Notes under the pieces: model-generated | Told to the model about the DNA's origin: nothing | Databases searched by the model: none | Seen by the model: the letters and a program-made list of their open reading frames with translations, nothing else | Assembly (NCBI GenBank): GCA_013239625.1 | Contig: MU054323.1 | Span: 15,132,029-15,196,028, forward strand | DNA from: Lama guanicoe | Taxonomy: Eukaryota | Direction: 5' to 3' | DNA: 64,000 nt | Program-made: the position numbers and the translations under genes | Shown here: piece by piece, positions 1 to 13,039 of the stretch | Numbering within the stretch: the first letter of the stretch is position 1 | Layout: each line of letters starts with the position of its first letter

Positions 1-1169
1 GCTTCCTCAGCTGCCCTCACTAGCGTTTCACATCCCCGGCTCTTTGCTCATGAGTCCTGGTAACCATCTCCTAGGCACACCATCGAGTGCCCCACAGAAA
101 CTGAAAACCTTTTTCAGTTCCTCCCAAGTTCTCAAACCCTTACCCACATCAACAGTTTGAGGCAAATTCAAGGGAAATTTCCCTCCTTTTAACCTCAGAG
201 ATTTTCTAAATCATCCCTTTACTGTAGCTTCTTTCCAATTGTTCTGCTTCATTCCAAATCCAGTAGCTTGCTCTTTACCCATGTTTTTGAAGGAATCTCC
301 TTCCTCCTCCTAAGCAACCACCTCCTTTCAGCCTTTCATAACTTCCACTTCTGCCCATCTGTTGTTACGTCTCCTTCATCTCTTTCAGATGGAAAAGCCC
401 CAACCCTTCTGGACTCTGAGTCAGAGCAGGGAAAGAGTGACCCAAGCAATAGACTTTTGTGGCTTCTCTGAGCCAGATCCCCTGTCCATGACCCCATTCT
501 CTGGTTCAAGGTTTACTCCACTCAGTAATGCTGCCTGGTAAAACAGTGAGAGACCTGGTTCATAATTACATGTCTAATTTAATACTGATTTGGGCCAAAA
601 TCAGAGAGTGAGGTGACAAGCCTGCGCTATCAGACAATCTCAGAATACCAGCTTGGTTTTATGTGCTTTTGTAAAACTCCAAGCCCCTCCCTCCTTTGTT
701 CTCCCTCTTGACTCTCTCCAGGTTCCTACCCAGGACTTCCTCCAGGTTCCTGAGCTGGAACCAAATCAGGCCACACTTCCTGTCATTATCATGTCATCGT
801 AATATGGGGAGTGGCTGGTGCCCAAGCTCCTTTGTTTCATCCTTCCTCAGTCCTTCCTTGGAGATAACCCTATTGCTAGTTGGTGTGTGCATACCATATG
901 TGACCAAAATCACTGTGATCAAAACTACTTAAGAGCCAAATATCCTTTCCGGCAGAGCTCTCTGATGCCCAGGGATATTAAACTGACCTATTTCCCACTG
1001 TTCTTAGCCTTTGGTCTGATTTCTGGCAGAGGTCTACACTCACTTGCTTATATCTACGTATTGCTACAACATGGTTAGAATTAATTTTATATGCAGCTTA
1101 CTCTCTTTGATGATTCTTTCATTCGTTCCCCCTCACCTTCAAACACATTCAAAGCATATACCAAGAGTC

Positions 1170-2420
1170 AGCCCTCTTCCTTGTCCTCCTCAAGCTCCTA
1201 TCCCATCTCTCCCCTCTTACTGACTCCTCAACCTCTTGCAATCTGAGTTCCACCCTCTATTTCCTCTAGGGAAGTCACCTTTTTAGATCATTAAAATCTG
1301 CTTAATTAGCAAGTTCAAGCCCTTACAGTCTCAATCTACTCATTCTGTCTGCTTTTCATAACTCCCTCTCTTGACGTCCCTGATAGAGTATTTTCCTGAT
1401 TTCATGTCTGGGCTCAGTCAGCATCTTTTCATCAGTGAGACTTTCCCATGGTTATCTACACTCTTTGCCTTCCACTGTCCATGACTTCATTATGACTCTG
1501 TTGTAATGATTCCCAAATAAGCTCTCCATTCCTGATTCAGTTTGTGCATCTTAAACACCTGTGGGACACCATTTCATGGATAAGCTGTAGGCATTTGAAG
1601 TTTAATATGTATCTCTACACTGCCTTTCCCCACTAGGTCTTCCTCTTGACTTGCAAGTTTCCTCTATCTGATACATTCTGTATCTCAATAGATAGAATCA
1701 TTATCCCTCCAGTATTTCAAACTCAAAACTTTGGAGACTTCTTCAAGTACTTTATCTCTCTATTAAAGTGTTTTCTTTCTCTATCCCATCCAAGAGGTAT
1801 CAAATCCTGTTAGTTGGTTCTTGAAGTATCTCTCACCATCAGTCTTTCTAGACTCCTTGGCATTGTCTAGGTCCAGTCATCATTAAAGCTTGTCAGGAGC
1901 ATCCCAATAGTTTCCTAAGTCTTCTCTCTTGTCACCAGACCCAAGCCCTATCCTATCACATCATTCCCCTTTTCAGAACATTCAGTGACCCCCAAACTGC
2001 ACATATAACAAAATCAAGTATCTTGTATGAACTGGAAGCAGGAGATTTTCTATGTTGCATCTCATGTGCCATCCCCACTGTAACTGGTGCTGTGGTCACC
2101 CATGCGATTCATGGCATCACCAACGTTTCCTACAACTCCCTGATTCTGTGCCTTTCCCATGATGTCCCCTGAGCCTTGGATACTCCAACCTCATTTCCTG
2201 CTAGTGCATTTCTGCACAGTCTTTAGGCAGAGCTTCCTCTGTCAGGTCTGCTGGAGACCCCTTCAGACAAAACCAGTCTTTCCCTCTATTTACTGTCACA
2301 TTTCGACTCCAATCTTACCACAGGCTGCAGTGATTCTTCTCTTTGTGATGGTCTCATCACTAAAGCATGAGTTACTAGAAGCAGAAATCATGCCCCATTC
2401 AAATTCATTTCCCTTATACT
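1170..2420 (+). mobile_element. L2 LINE, degraded ORF2/3' fragment
   Basis: Pyrimidine-rich decayed L2. GACTTCATTATGACTCTGTTGTAATGATTCCCAAATA (~1484) resembles the GFNYHLYADDSQI-coding region, followed by TGGATAAGCTGTAGGCATTTGAAGTTTAATATGT (WMSxRHLKLNMS-like). Boundaries approximate. Confidence 0.65.
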
Positions 2421-2632
2421 TTTTGAAGTTGAAATAGAAGAAACTAGATTGTAATAAAAAGCAACCTTTCCTTAGAAATTGTAAAATTCTAAAAAGAGCT
2501 CCAGTATTTGCCATAGAGGCCAGGGTGATGAATTAATGTCTTTCTTTAAGGCTAAACAAACATTCAGGAGTCCTGAGTCCTGAGTATGGCATAACTCTTG
2601 GAGACTGAAGTTGCTTTCCTTGAAGAAACCTA

Positions 2633-2977
2633 CAATTGTCCCTCTGTATCTGCAGGTTCTGCTACTGTGGATTCAATTGACTGCAGATTAAAATAATTTT
2701 TTTTAATTCTAGAAAGTTCCAAAAAGCAAAACTTGAACTTGCTGTGCAATGGTAATTACTTACACAGCATTTGGATTGTATTTACAACTATTTACATAGC
2801 ATTTACACTGTTTGAGGTACAGTGTAAATAATCTAGAACCAATTCAAAGTATATAAGAGGCTGTGCATAGGTTATATGCAAGCCCCATGCCATTTTATGT
2901 AAGGGACTTGAGCATCTCAGATTTGGTATCTGTGGGGGGTCCTGGAACCAATTCCCAGGGATATCGAGGGGCAAATG
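2633..2977 (-). mobile_element. MER2-like non-autonomous Tigger (TcMar) DNA transposon, full length
   Basis: 345 bp. Imperfect TIRs CAATTGTCCCTCTGTATC / GATATCGAGGGGCAAATG, TA target duplications at 2631-2632 and 2978-2979. Internal AAGGGACTTGAGCATC and GTCCTGGAACCAAT match MER2 in reverse. Confidence 0.9.
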
Positions 2978-2986
2978 TATTCAGCT

Positions 2987-3211
2987 TTTCCCTCCCCAAT
3001 TCTTTTTCATTATTTACATAAAAAATGAAACTGTATAAAATCTCCAAAACTAATATTAAAAAATAAAAATCTGTGTACTTCCTACAGTTGTACTCACAAT
3101 TTCCCTCCCCAATTCTTTTTCATTATTTACATAAAAAATGAAACTGTATAAAATCTCCAAAACTAAGATTAAAAAATAAAAATCTGTGTACTTCCTACAG
3201 TTGTACTCACA
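2987..3211. repeat. Tandem duplication, two 112-bp copies (period 113)
   Basis: 2987-3098 and 3100-3211 are identical except T3054/G3167. Confidence 0.95.
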
Positions 3212-3269
3212 GAGGTTGCCCTTCAGATAATGTCTCAGTTTCCTTCATATTTCATCCTTTTATGTGGGC

Positions 3270-3570
3270 ATGACTCATTCAGTCAACAAACATCTACTGA
3301 GGATATTGTATGAAACTAGAGTTATGCTTAACATTTCGATGATTAAAATAAAGCAATTACTGACTCAGGTGAAAGTTATTAAGGAACTTTCCATGGAACT
3401 GAACCTTGGAGGAGGGGTCTTCTATGAGCAGACACATGGCAGAGAAAATGTAGAGGGCTTTCTGAGTTGGAAGAAGGAAAGGAAAACAATGAGCAAAGGC
3501 ACATGAACAATTGTAACGTGTTATTGAGGAGTGGAGACAATAAAGGTGAGCAGTCTGACTAGAAGAGATG
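3270..3570 (-). mobile_element. L2 3' end fragment
   Basis: CATTCAGTCAACAAACATCTACTGAG is the reverse of the L2 3' tail, followed by purine-rich L2-like sequence. Confidence 0.55.
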
Positions 3571-5009
3571 GTTTGTCTAGAATCATCATTTTCAAAATGT
3601 ATTAGTCCTGGGTCCTCCCAACGAAATCAGATGAAGGGGCACAACATGTAAGACCAGCAAAACGACTGCAGTAAAAAGGGGAGGAGGATGAAAGATTGGA
3701 GCCCTGTCTGCTGAGTTGCCTCTTGACGACACCCTCCCCACAGTCCCAGAGTTCCTTCCCTGGAGTTCCTCTCAGTAGATTTGGAAAATTAATAACCAAG
3801 TGGAAAAGATAAGATAAAGTCAAATAAGTGGAATGGGGGCCAAATTATGGAGCACCATGCTGTCTGACCTCAGAACACACTTATTAATTGAGGCTTCTTT
3901 CTCACATAGTACATAGCCCATTGTACATGTAGGTCCGTTATAATTTGTAAGCTAAGGAAATTACTTTTATGTCCACATGCTAGTTCTATGCTTGGCATAT
4001 GTAACTGGTGTCCAAAAATATTTTAGAAATGTTGATGTGAACTGACAAATGAATGGCAGCCTCCACTGAAATAAACAGTGTCTCACCAAAGACTTTGTTA
4101 ATATTTCTCTGCAAACCGGTATATTCCCAGCCATGGCCAGCAAGGTTTTGAGCATAAATACACAGCTTCAGGCTAAGCCAGCATTACCAGAAGACTTCAC
4201 AGTGACTACACTTATATCAGTGCTTAGGGATGCACATCCAAAGGCTTCATGATGATTCTTGAGAGAAAAGAAACATCTCAGAGCACACTTATTTCTCGTT
4301 GCCTTAATTAGTAATTCATAAGCTTGCTTAAGGTATGGTGGCTTGTGCTGGCTACTTTGCAGATCTCAGAGGAAATGCAGATCCTTTATTTAGAGTGAGT
4401 AATACTATAAAGGCACAATGTGGTCCAAGATTTAGCCAAAATCTCAACACATGCAAATAACCTCAGTGCAAGGAAAAGACATCTGGGAATGGGCTTGAAA
4501 GGATGACAATGGGCTGTTTTCTATTACGTTCTTGTAACCTGTTGGGCTTACACACACATGCGCTTGTGTTCTTTTAACTTGGGGATAATACAAGTAGAGA
4601 GGCATCACCATTAAGGAAGCATTAATGCACATGGACAGGGCTGATTAAAAACCACAGATTCTGTATTTCATCCAAATAGGAAAAACTGAAAAACCTCTTG
4701 TATTTATAGGATAGAGGAAACAAAAGCAGCAGTTAGGGTTTTTTTAATCAAAGATTTTTTTTTTGATTGCCACCATTTTTAAGATCCCTGAAGCTTCACC
4801 TAAGTGGTTATTACCTCCGTTACAGGTTCCTTAAGTGTGAGGAGAAAAAGAAAATATTATGCATCTAAAATGATAGCTTTCTTTTTCTTCCCTCTTTTTC
4901 TATTTTGCCTTATATCCATTTACCAGCTAGATTTCTTTGACTGTATAGCTCATAAGTCCCTAAATTTTGATTTCTGACTAATAAATCTCACTATTCTCCA
5001 GGACAAAGT

Positions 5010-5837
5010 ATCTGTTCAGCACATTTGTATGAGACATCTACTTGGTGACATGCTGTGTGTTAGTTGCTGAGGTTGTACTGATTTTAAAGAAATGAATACA
5101 TAAACAAACATGCAAACCCCTCCTCAAACTTAGAATGTAGTGTGGGAGACAGACATCAATCAAATAATCATAAAGACAAATGTATGGTTACAATCTGCGC
5201 ATAAAATATATGGTATCATGCGAGAATAACAGGAGAACCCACCTCTTTGGTGAGCTCGGGGGAGCCTTCCCTAATGTATAACACTTGTACTTACAGTGAA
5301 AGGATGAGTAGGAACAAACTGGGCAAAGGGAATGGGGTAAAGAGGGGCTTGGTGGTGATGAGGATCAGAATTAGCAGAAGAAACAGAATGTCTTAAGAAG
5401 TGTTTTCAAGACTCTCAATAGGACCAGCAGGATTAGTGCAGGGAGTGCAGAGGCATGATTCCAGATGAGACTGAACAAGTAGGGGACAGCCATACAGAAC
5501 ATTGTAGGTCAGGACAAAAAATAATCTGGTTTTATCTTAGCACAATGCAAATCTATTGAGAAGTTTCCAGCAAGTTTGGGGGATGATGCAATGTGATCAG
5601 ATTTACTTTTTGAAAAGATTGCTATGGTTGCATTATTTAGGGTGCAAGAGAGCTTTGAGGTAATCTAGAGGTAATGATTGATGGATTGGACTAGGGTAGC
5701 AGCGATGAAGATGGAGAGTAGATAAAATGGAAGATATGCAGAAGGAAAATCCACAAAAGAGATTAGTGATAAGAGCTAAGGGAGAGAAAGGTGTCAAAGA
5801 GGGCTAAAGATTCTGCTTTGTAGAAGTAGGTGGATGC
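5010..5837 (-). mobile_element. L2 fragment, left part (interrupted by L1)
   Basis: Reverse L2 tail, then GGGAGACAGACATCAATCAAATAATCA, TGTGATCAGATTTACTTTTTGAAAAGAT and GGACTAGGGTAGCAG motifs. Confidence 0.75.
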
Positions 5838-6896
5838 CAACAATGAGGTAACCACTGCATGCCTATTAGAATGACTAAAATGCAAAACACAACAATGCCA
5901 AAAGCTGGAAAGAATGTGGAGCAGCAGGAACTCTCATTCATTGCTGGTAGGAATGCTAAATGGTACAGCTACTTTGGAAGACAGTTTGGCAGTTTCTTAC
6001 AAAGCTAAGCATAGTCTTAACATAAGATCTAGCAACTGTGTTCCTAGGCATTTATCCAAATGAAATGAAGAATTATATTCACATAAAAACCTGTGCACTA
6101 ATGTTTACAATAGCTTTATTCATAATTGCCAAAAATTAGAAGCAACCAAGATGTCCTTCAATAGGTGAAACTGTGGTACTTCCATACAATGGAATATTAT
6201 TTAACAATAAAAAGAAATGATGAGGAGAAGGGTATAGCTCAGTGGTAGAGTGCAGACTTAGCATGCACAAGGTCTGAGGTTCAATCTTCAGTACCTCCAT
6301 TAAAAAAATAAATGAAACAAACAAACCAACAAACCTAATTACCCCCTCCGCAAAAAAAAACAACAAAAAGAAATGGTCTATCAAGCTACAAAAAGACATG
6401 GAGGAATCTTAAATGCATATTGCTAAGTGAAAGAAGTCAGTGTGAAAAGGCAATATACTTTTATGGAATCAATTATATGACATTCTAGAAAAGGTAAAAC
6501 TGTGGAGACAATAAAAAGATTAAATCAGTGGTTGCAGGAGGTAGGAAGCAGGATGAGGGATGGCGGGATCCATAGGCAGAGTACAGGGTATTTCCAGGGC
6601 AGTGAAAGTATTCTGTATGATGCTGTAATGGTGGATACGTGATATTACACATTTAGCAAAACCCATGGAATAATACAGTACAAAGAGTGAACCCTAATGT
6701 AAACTATGAAATTTAGTTAATAATAATTGGCTCATCAGTTGTAACAAATGTACTGCATCACAGCAAAGCATTAGTAACAGGGTAAAATGAGGGCAGGAGG
6801 AAAGGGAGTATAAGGGAACTCCGCATATATTTCTATTCAGTTTTTCTCTAAATCAAAAACTGCTCTAAAAAATAAAGTCTACTAATTTTTTTTAAA
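5838..6896 (+). mobile_element. L1MC-like LINE-1, 5'-truncated (end of ORF2 plus 3' UTR)
   Basis: GGAGCAGCAGGAACTCTCATTCATTGCTGGTAGGAATG, GTGAACCCTAATGTAAACTATG, terminal AACTGCTCTAAAAAATAAAGTCTA. Contains a SINE. Confidence 0.88.
6223..6364 (+). mobile_element. tRNA-Ala-derived camelid SINE (Vic-1-like)
   Basis: GGGTATAGCTCAGTGGTAGAG (A box), GGTTCAATC (B box), AAACCTAATTACC body, A-rich tail. TSD AAAAAGAAATG at 6209-6219 and 6365-6375. Confidence 0.9.
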
Positions 6897-6924
6897 CTTC
6901 AAATACATTTCTTAAAAGGGAAAT

Positions 6925-7400
6925 TAACGATAATGATATTTATTTAAATACAAATGACTGGAAAAGAGTGAGGTGTGGGAAAAGATTATTTTGTTTTTAA
7001 ATATGTGAAGTTTAAAGTACCTTTGGAATACTTAAAGGATGTGTCAAGGCATAGTTGAGTATACAGCTCTTGAGTTCAGAGGAGAGGTCTAAGCTGGAGC
7101 TACAGATGTTAGTCATTTGCATGTAATAGGCAGCAACTTATGTTAAAAGCAGCAGTGGTCTCTCCCAGGTGAGAGTACACCAAAGCACTGGATGCCACAG
7201 CTTCTAGGCCATGCTTTGGCATTGGCTACTAAAAACATAAGGACAAGAAAGGAAGTAAGTGAGAATGGTTGTGTTTTGTATTAGGTTTTTTTGTTTGCTT
7301 GCTTTGTTTATTTTTAATTGAAGTATAGGTGACTGATCTGATTTTTTAAGAAGTAGATTTTGGAGAAATTTTGCAAGCAAGGATCTCGGAGAACTGGCCA
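6925..7400 (-). mobile_element. L2 fragment, right part
   Basis: GAGTTCAGAGGAGAGGTCTAAGCTGGAG continues the L2 interrupted at ~5837. Includes a tiny reverse L1 3' tip (TTTTTAATTGAAGTATAG, ~7283-7333). Confidence 0.65.
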
Positions 7401-8189
7401 AAAATAAAGAGAAGATGATACTGGGGACCAGAAATGTCTGTCTTGGGTCAAGTAAAAGTCACAAGGGAGAGAGAAACAGGGTGGTAAAGACCAGTAAAAG
7501 AAATGGCTGCCATCTCTTCTGATAAAACTAAATAGAATGTTGGTGATTTATTTAATACCAGGGTGGGCAAGCAGTGACTACTGTGTTACCTGTGGATTCT
7601 TGGAATGGAAAAATAAAAAAAGTAAACTGAGAGTTCTATAGACCAGTGGGGAGTTAGAGCCAGTGAAAGTAGAAAAGGAACTAAGATTGTCTGGGATAGG
7701 TTTCAGTGGATATTCCTATGCTAAGATGGATTACATAGATGAAGGCTAGCCCTGAGATAGTTGTGCTATGTGCTCCTTTGAGAATATATTCAGTTGGATT
7801 TCTGAAGGGAACAGAAGTCAATGCACATAAAGGGCTCTTTGGAAATTTGGGAAGATGGACAGCCTGGAAACATAAACAAGTCACACCTCCTAGCTTGACA
7901 TCAGTTTAAGAGGGCTTACATAATCATTTTGAGGTGAGCTGAACTGAGCTTAAAGTCTCCAGGAATTCTCAAGAATATCGATGCCGCTTATAGAGCTTAT
8001 ACCCTATAGCCAAGTTTTTTCCCATGGGAATGAAATTTTTTAATATAATAACTCTTGGTAAGGGTGTATGCCTACTATTTCACATATTCCTAGGTGTACT
8101 AATAAAGGGACTACTCCAAAAATTGCATGGACAATTAATTATCAGGGCAAAAAAATAATATGTACACAATCATTGGGATAGCCACCTCT

Positions 8190-11100
8190 GGTAACAGCAG
8201 ACTAGGTAATTCAAACTAGTCTTGCCACTTGGAAGAGTTGAAAAAAATAGACATAAGAGAGGCAATGAGATAGTGTACCAAGAGGACTCGACATGAGAGA
8301 GTACAGACACCCAGGAAAGGGAGTCCAGCTTTTCAAGCTCCTTTTCTTTGGTAACACCTGTCAATTTCAGAGAGGATGGCTGAGAAGATAAGAAGTGTTT
8401 AGGTCATCTTCTGGGGCTAGAGGGATAGAGATCAGAAACCATAATCTACTAATGGGGCCCTGGTCACTCCCCCTTCCTTTGGATTGGAACCACAAAAGAG
8501 TTACAACCAGGAGTAGGAATGAGCTAGAAGGAGAAAGTAGACAGGTCTTCACAGGGACTACAGCTCATTTTCAAATCATTTTTATCTCTTAAAGTTGGAT
8601 TGAAGTGTTCCTAAATCAGCAGTGCCCTCAGGTATCTGGCAGAAGCGAACTATAAATCCTTCTTTGGAAGGAGATAACATTATCTTAGGTCACACATTAT
8701 TTCTAAAAGCAATTTTGCGAATATAATGTCTGGCATGTAATCATGAACAACAAGCCATTTGAGGATGAGGAACAAAAACAACAGAAAAAAATAGACAACA
8801 GAAAAAAACCCATAGGAGCTCAATGTACTCAAATCATCATAGACTTTCAAAAATCTACACTTACTGTGTTCAAGAAATAAAAGAGTAGATTTAAAAATTT
8901 AGCATTAAATGTAAAACTATTGAAAGAGCACCAAATGTAAATTCTAGAACTGAAAAATAAAATAACCAAAAAAAAAGAACTCAGTGGATAGGTTTAATAG
9001 CCAGATTAAACATAGCTGAATAGATCATTGATATCCTAGACCACACATTGGGGAAAAAATGCTTCACAGGAAATATAAAGAGAGAAGAGTAATTAAAAAT
9101 AAGAGAAATAGACATACAGCATATAATCATAGGTCTAAAATGCATATATTTGGAGTAGCAGAGAAGAGAGGATGAGACAGAAGGAGCAGTGAAGAGGTAA
9201 TAGCTGATATTTTTTCCAAAAATAATGAGAAACATCAAGCATAAAGCCACAGAATCCAGAAACCCTGAGAACATCAAGTAAGATGAAAAATTAAAATAAT
9301 AAAATAAAATTTAATTAAATATAGGCAAACATATCAGAATTACTGAATGCCAAAAAGAAAATCTTAGAAACAGCTTAAAAGAGGTGAAAGCGAGAGAGAG
9401 ACTGAAAGACAGATAGACTTGTCTTTTAAGGAGCAACAGTTAGAGTGCCCACTGACTCCTCAACAAAAACGATAAAATTCAAAAGACATAGAACATCTTC
9501 AACATGCTGGGGAGGGAAGCTCAGATAATGTATAATCCTGTTTCAAGTGAAAATAGCAAGGTAACTATAAGTAGGTGTTATGAGAGAATGTATCATAACT
9601 GAACCCACTCTATAATAAATACTAAAGGTATTTTATGGGCAGAAGAATAATGAAAAAGGAAAAAGAGGTATTAAAATAACAAGTTTTCAGGAAAATGTAA
9701 ATTCATGTTGACTGAATAAACCAATATTAGTAATGCCTTGAGATTAAAATACAAAATGAAATAAAATACAAGACAACAATAGCATGTAGATTGGAAGAGG
9801 ATAGAGAGAATTGAACTGTTCCCTTACATTGTTTGGGTAAAAGTGCCAAGTAACATTAGCCGTTGATAAATTAGATACTTATTATCCTCTCTAGGTAATC
9901 ACTGAGAGGATGGTAAAAGAAAGTACATCTTACGAGCACACAGGAAAAATAATAGAATGTATAAATAGACAGGAGGAAAAGAGAAAATAACACAGAACAC
10001 TTAAGATTACAAGTTTAAACCAAAATATATAAGTGATTACATTAAATGAACTAGGTGTTCCAATTCAAAGACATGTATTGCCAGAATGCATTTTCAAATA
10101 ACTTTATGTGTTGTTCATTAAACAAGAAGGATATAGTTAACTTGAAGAGCAAAGAATGGAAGAAGATCTTGAAAACATTAACCAAAAGAAAAGCAGAGGT
10201 CACTACATTAATATCAAAGCAAATGTTAAGGACAAAAAGGATTACTGGAGAGAAGGAAGTACGTATCACAGAGGTAAAATATTTGATTAACCAGGATGAT
10301 AAAAAATTTTATACTTTTGCCCCTAATAAAGTAGCTGCAAATCTTTGAAGCAAAATCTTCACAGGAGTCAAAGAAGAAATAAACAATTCCACAATCATAT
10401 TGGAAATTTTTTTAACACATCTCTCTCAGTAATTGATAGAAGACAAAAATTCAATAAGAATATAAATATTGGAATAGCACAATTAATTTTACCTATTATG
10501 TATATATAGAACAATTTACCCAACAATTGCAGAGTAAACATTCTTAAAAATATACAGGACATTTATAAAAATTAACCATATTCTGCATAATAATAAGGAA
10601 GCACCAACAAATTTCAAAAAATTAAAATCATGTAGTGTATGGTTTCTGACAAAAATGCCATTTAGTTAGAAATTAATAACATGAAGGAACTAGAAAATCA
10701 TCATAGTTTGAAATTAAGAAATACAGTTCCAAATAACCCATGGTGATAAAACTATCAACATTTAAATTAGAAAAATATTTTGAACTGAATGGTAATGACA
10801 AATACACTATATATCAAAGCCTGCACCATACAACTAATGGTTAGCATGGAGAATAATTTAGAGCTTTAGAATGTATATATTAAATGGAGTGAAAATATGG
10901 CTAAATCTTACTCAATATATAGATGGAAAAATCCTAAACAAGATATATGCAAATTAAATTCAGTAATTTTTTAGAAAGGAAATAACACACCAGACCAAAC
11001 TGCTTTATTTTAGGAACTCAACAGAACTTAACATTCAAAATGCTATTAATGCAATTCAAACATCGACAGAATCAAGGAGAGAAATCACATGATAGTCTCA

Positions 11101-11305
11101 ATCATTGCAGAAAAATGGCTTGATAAAATCCAGTATCCATTCATGATAAAAATGTATATAGCAAATTAGGAATAGAAGGGAGCATCCTTAATCTGATAAA
11201 TCGTATCTATTAGAAAACACCCTCAGCAAGCATCATATTTAATCATGAAATGTTAAGAAGCCTTTTCCTGAAACTGCTAATACCACTTCTATTAAACATT
11301 CTGCA
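8190..11305 (+). mobile_element. Ancient L1 (L1ME/L1M-type): 5' region, ORF1 and internally deleted ORF2 remnants
   Basis: 5'-type motif CAGTGCCCTCAGGTATCTGGCAGAAGC. ORF1-like ATTCTAGAACTGAAAAATA and TTTCCAAAAATAATGA. ORF 10055-10348 (LKSKEWKKI..KRKAEVTTLIS..FAPN) resembles the L1 endonuclease. RT-region TGATAAAATCCAGTATCCATTCATGATAAAA. Many stops. Confidence 0.8.
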
Positions 11306-11311
11306 GGGTTT

Positions 11312-11500
11312 TGTATCATTCAGATTCCTGACAGGAGCAAATGCAAGCAGTTTAATTGAAGAGAGGTGAATAAAGAGGCGCAGGGAGGCAGGGAGAGGGG
11401 AACCAAAGAGGAATGATGAAGCTTCAGATCTGGAAACAGAGGTGCCCCATTACCGTCTGGAGCCAGAATGACAAAGGGAGCAAACAATGATGGGGGTGTT
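11312..11500. mobile_element. Possible old ERVL-class LTR fragment
   Basis: TGTATCATTCAGATTCCTGACAGGAGC...GAGAGGTGAATAAAG resembles the ends of ancient eutherian LTRs; family not determined. Confidence 0.35.
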
Positions 11501-11529
11501 GAATGGTAGGGGGGCGGGTGCAAGGAGTC

Positions 11530-11672
11530 ATTAGTTTCATTTCTAGAAATCTGTCAGTGTTCAACTTCTTTCACTGTGTGGGGATTCCATGGGTGGCTGC
11601 TTTGTGACAGACTCATTGACGCATACATTTTTGCTCTATGCACAATAAGAAGGTTAGATAATTAAAATAAAA
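11530..11672 (+). mobile_element. L1ME-like 3' terminal remnant
   Basis: CATGGGTG..CTTTGTGA..ACTCATTGA..CATACATTTT followed by an A-rich end. Confidence 0.45.
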
Positions 11673-12660
11673 TTGCTGATGCAGATGTTGCATCTACATG
11701 TCCATGAAAGTGAGTGGATGTGACATGCAGAGAAAAAATAATTTGAATGAGGATAATTATATATTCACAAACAAGTTAATTCAAGCAATAATAAGGTGAA
11801 CCATGAAAGCAATTTCCTGGGGCTTCTAAGGAACCCCCCAAAATTAAAAAGGAAAATAAGAGAAGTCAGGAAAATGAAAACAAAAATGAATTTTGATTTA
11901 TCCCTATGATCTTATTCACAGTTTTCATTCAGTTTCCCTCGGGAGTGTTTACAGTCATACCCCTGAAGCCTAAGATTTTGCAGCAGAATTTCAAATGCTA
12001 AGGCAGGATCTACCAGAAAGTCTCAGTAGACAGGGTTTGGGGATAACCCTCTGCCTAATTTTAAGCAGAGTAGATCTGCTTTCATCCATCCAAATATTTC
12101 TCTATAAGAAATTTTTCTGTAAGCTTCTCTATAAGATTAGATTCAAGAAAGAAATTATTAAAAAAAAAAAAACACCCATTTTGTGAGTAAGTACACCAAG
12201 CCCCGAGGATGGAGAAACTAACCCAAGGTCACTGTACATATTAGCAGAGTCATTTAGCTAAACCAGGTCTTTTGCACCTCAGCACATGCTAGGTTCTACT
12301 ACAGGACAGGTCACTCAACTCATAATGTTCTCTCAAGGTACAAAAGTAATCCTAACATGAAACGAACCAACAAACGAAACAAAAATCCATTGTGTTAATT
12401 TCCATGATATGTGGCTATTTTAGTACGTGACACTTTCTTTCAGGAAGATCTCTGAAGTAGTCTATAGGGATTGCCTGTGCTCCCAGAACTTGATCCCTGA
12501 ACTCTCTAAACCTGTCGGACCTCTGGAGAGCCCAACGGGTCAGCTGAACTTTTGCTGATTGTATCTCTATGATTCAGAAACTAGAAAATAGAGAAGAAAT
12601 AGTATCTTATTCTATGGAAAATTCATCCACATAATTATGTATATGGCTGATTATCACATA

Positions 12661-13039
12661 CAGATGGTCCCTGACTTTTGATGGTTTGACTTGTGGTTTT
12701 TTCCACTTTTTGATGGTGGAAAAAGGTGTGTGTATTCAGTAGAAACTGTACTTCTGAATTTTGAATTTTGATCTTTTTCCCTGGGCTAGCAGCATGCAGC
12801 AAAATGCTATCTTGGTGATGCTGGGCAGTGGCAGAAAGTTGCAGCTCCCAGTCAGCCACATGCTCACGAAGGTGAATAACATTCTCTGTGGTGCACTGTG
12901 TTAGGGCACATTTAAGGTAGACTAGGCTAAGCTATGATGATGTAGGTTAAGTGTATTAAATGCATTTTTGACTAATGATATTTTCCACTTACTAGGGGTT
13001 TAGCTGAACTCAACCCCATTGTAAGTTGAGGAGCATCTG
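12661..13039 (-). mobile_element. MER47B-like Tigger (TcMar) DNA transposon
   Basis: TIRs CAGATGGTCCCTGACTT / AAGTTGAGGAGCATCTG, TA TSDs at 12659-12660 and 13040-13041. Internal CTAGGCTAAGCTATGATG and GCAGCTCCCAGTCAGCCAC. Confidence 0.88.

Noticed and set aside
6223..6300. tRNA-Ala-like sequences (also at 29402 and 37122) as tRNA genes
   Set aside because: Mismatched stems, a shared SINE body, A-rich tails and (for two copies) TSDs identify them as SINEs.
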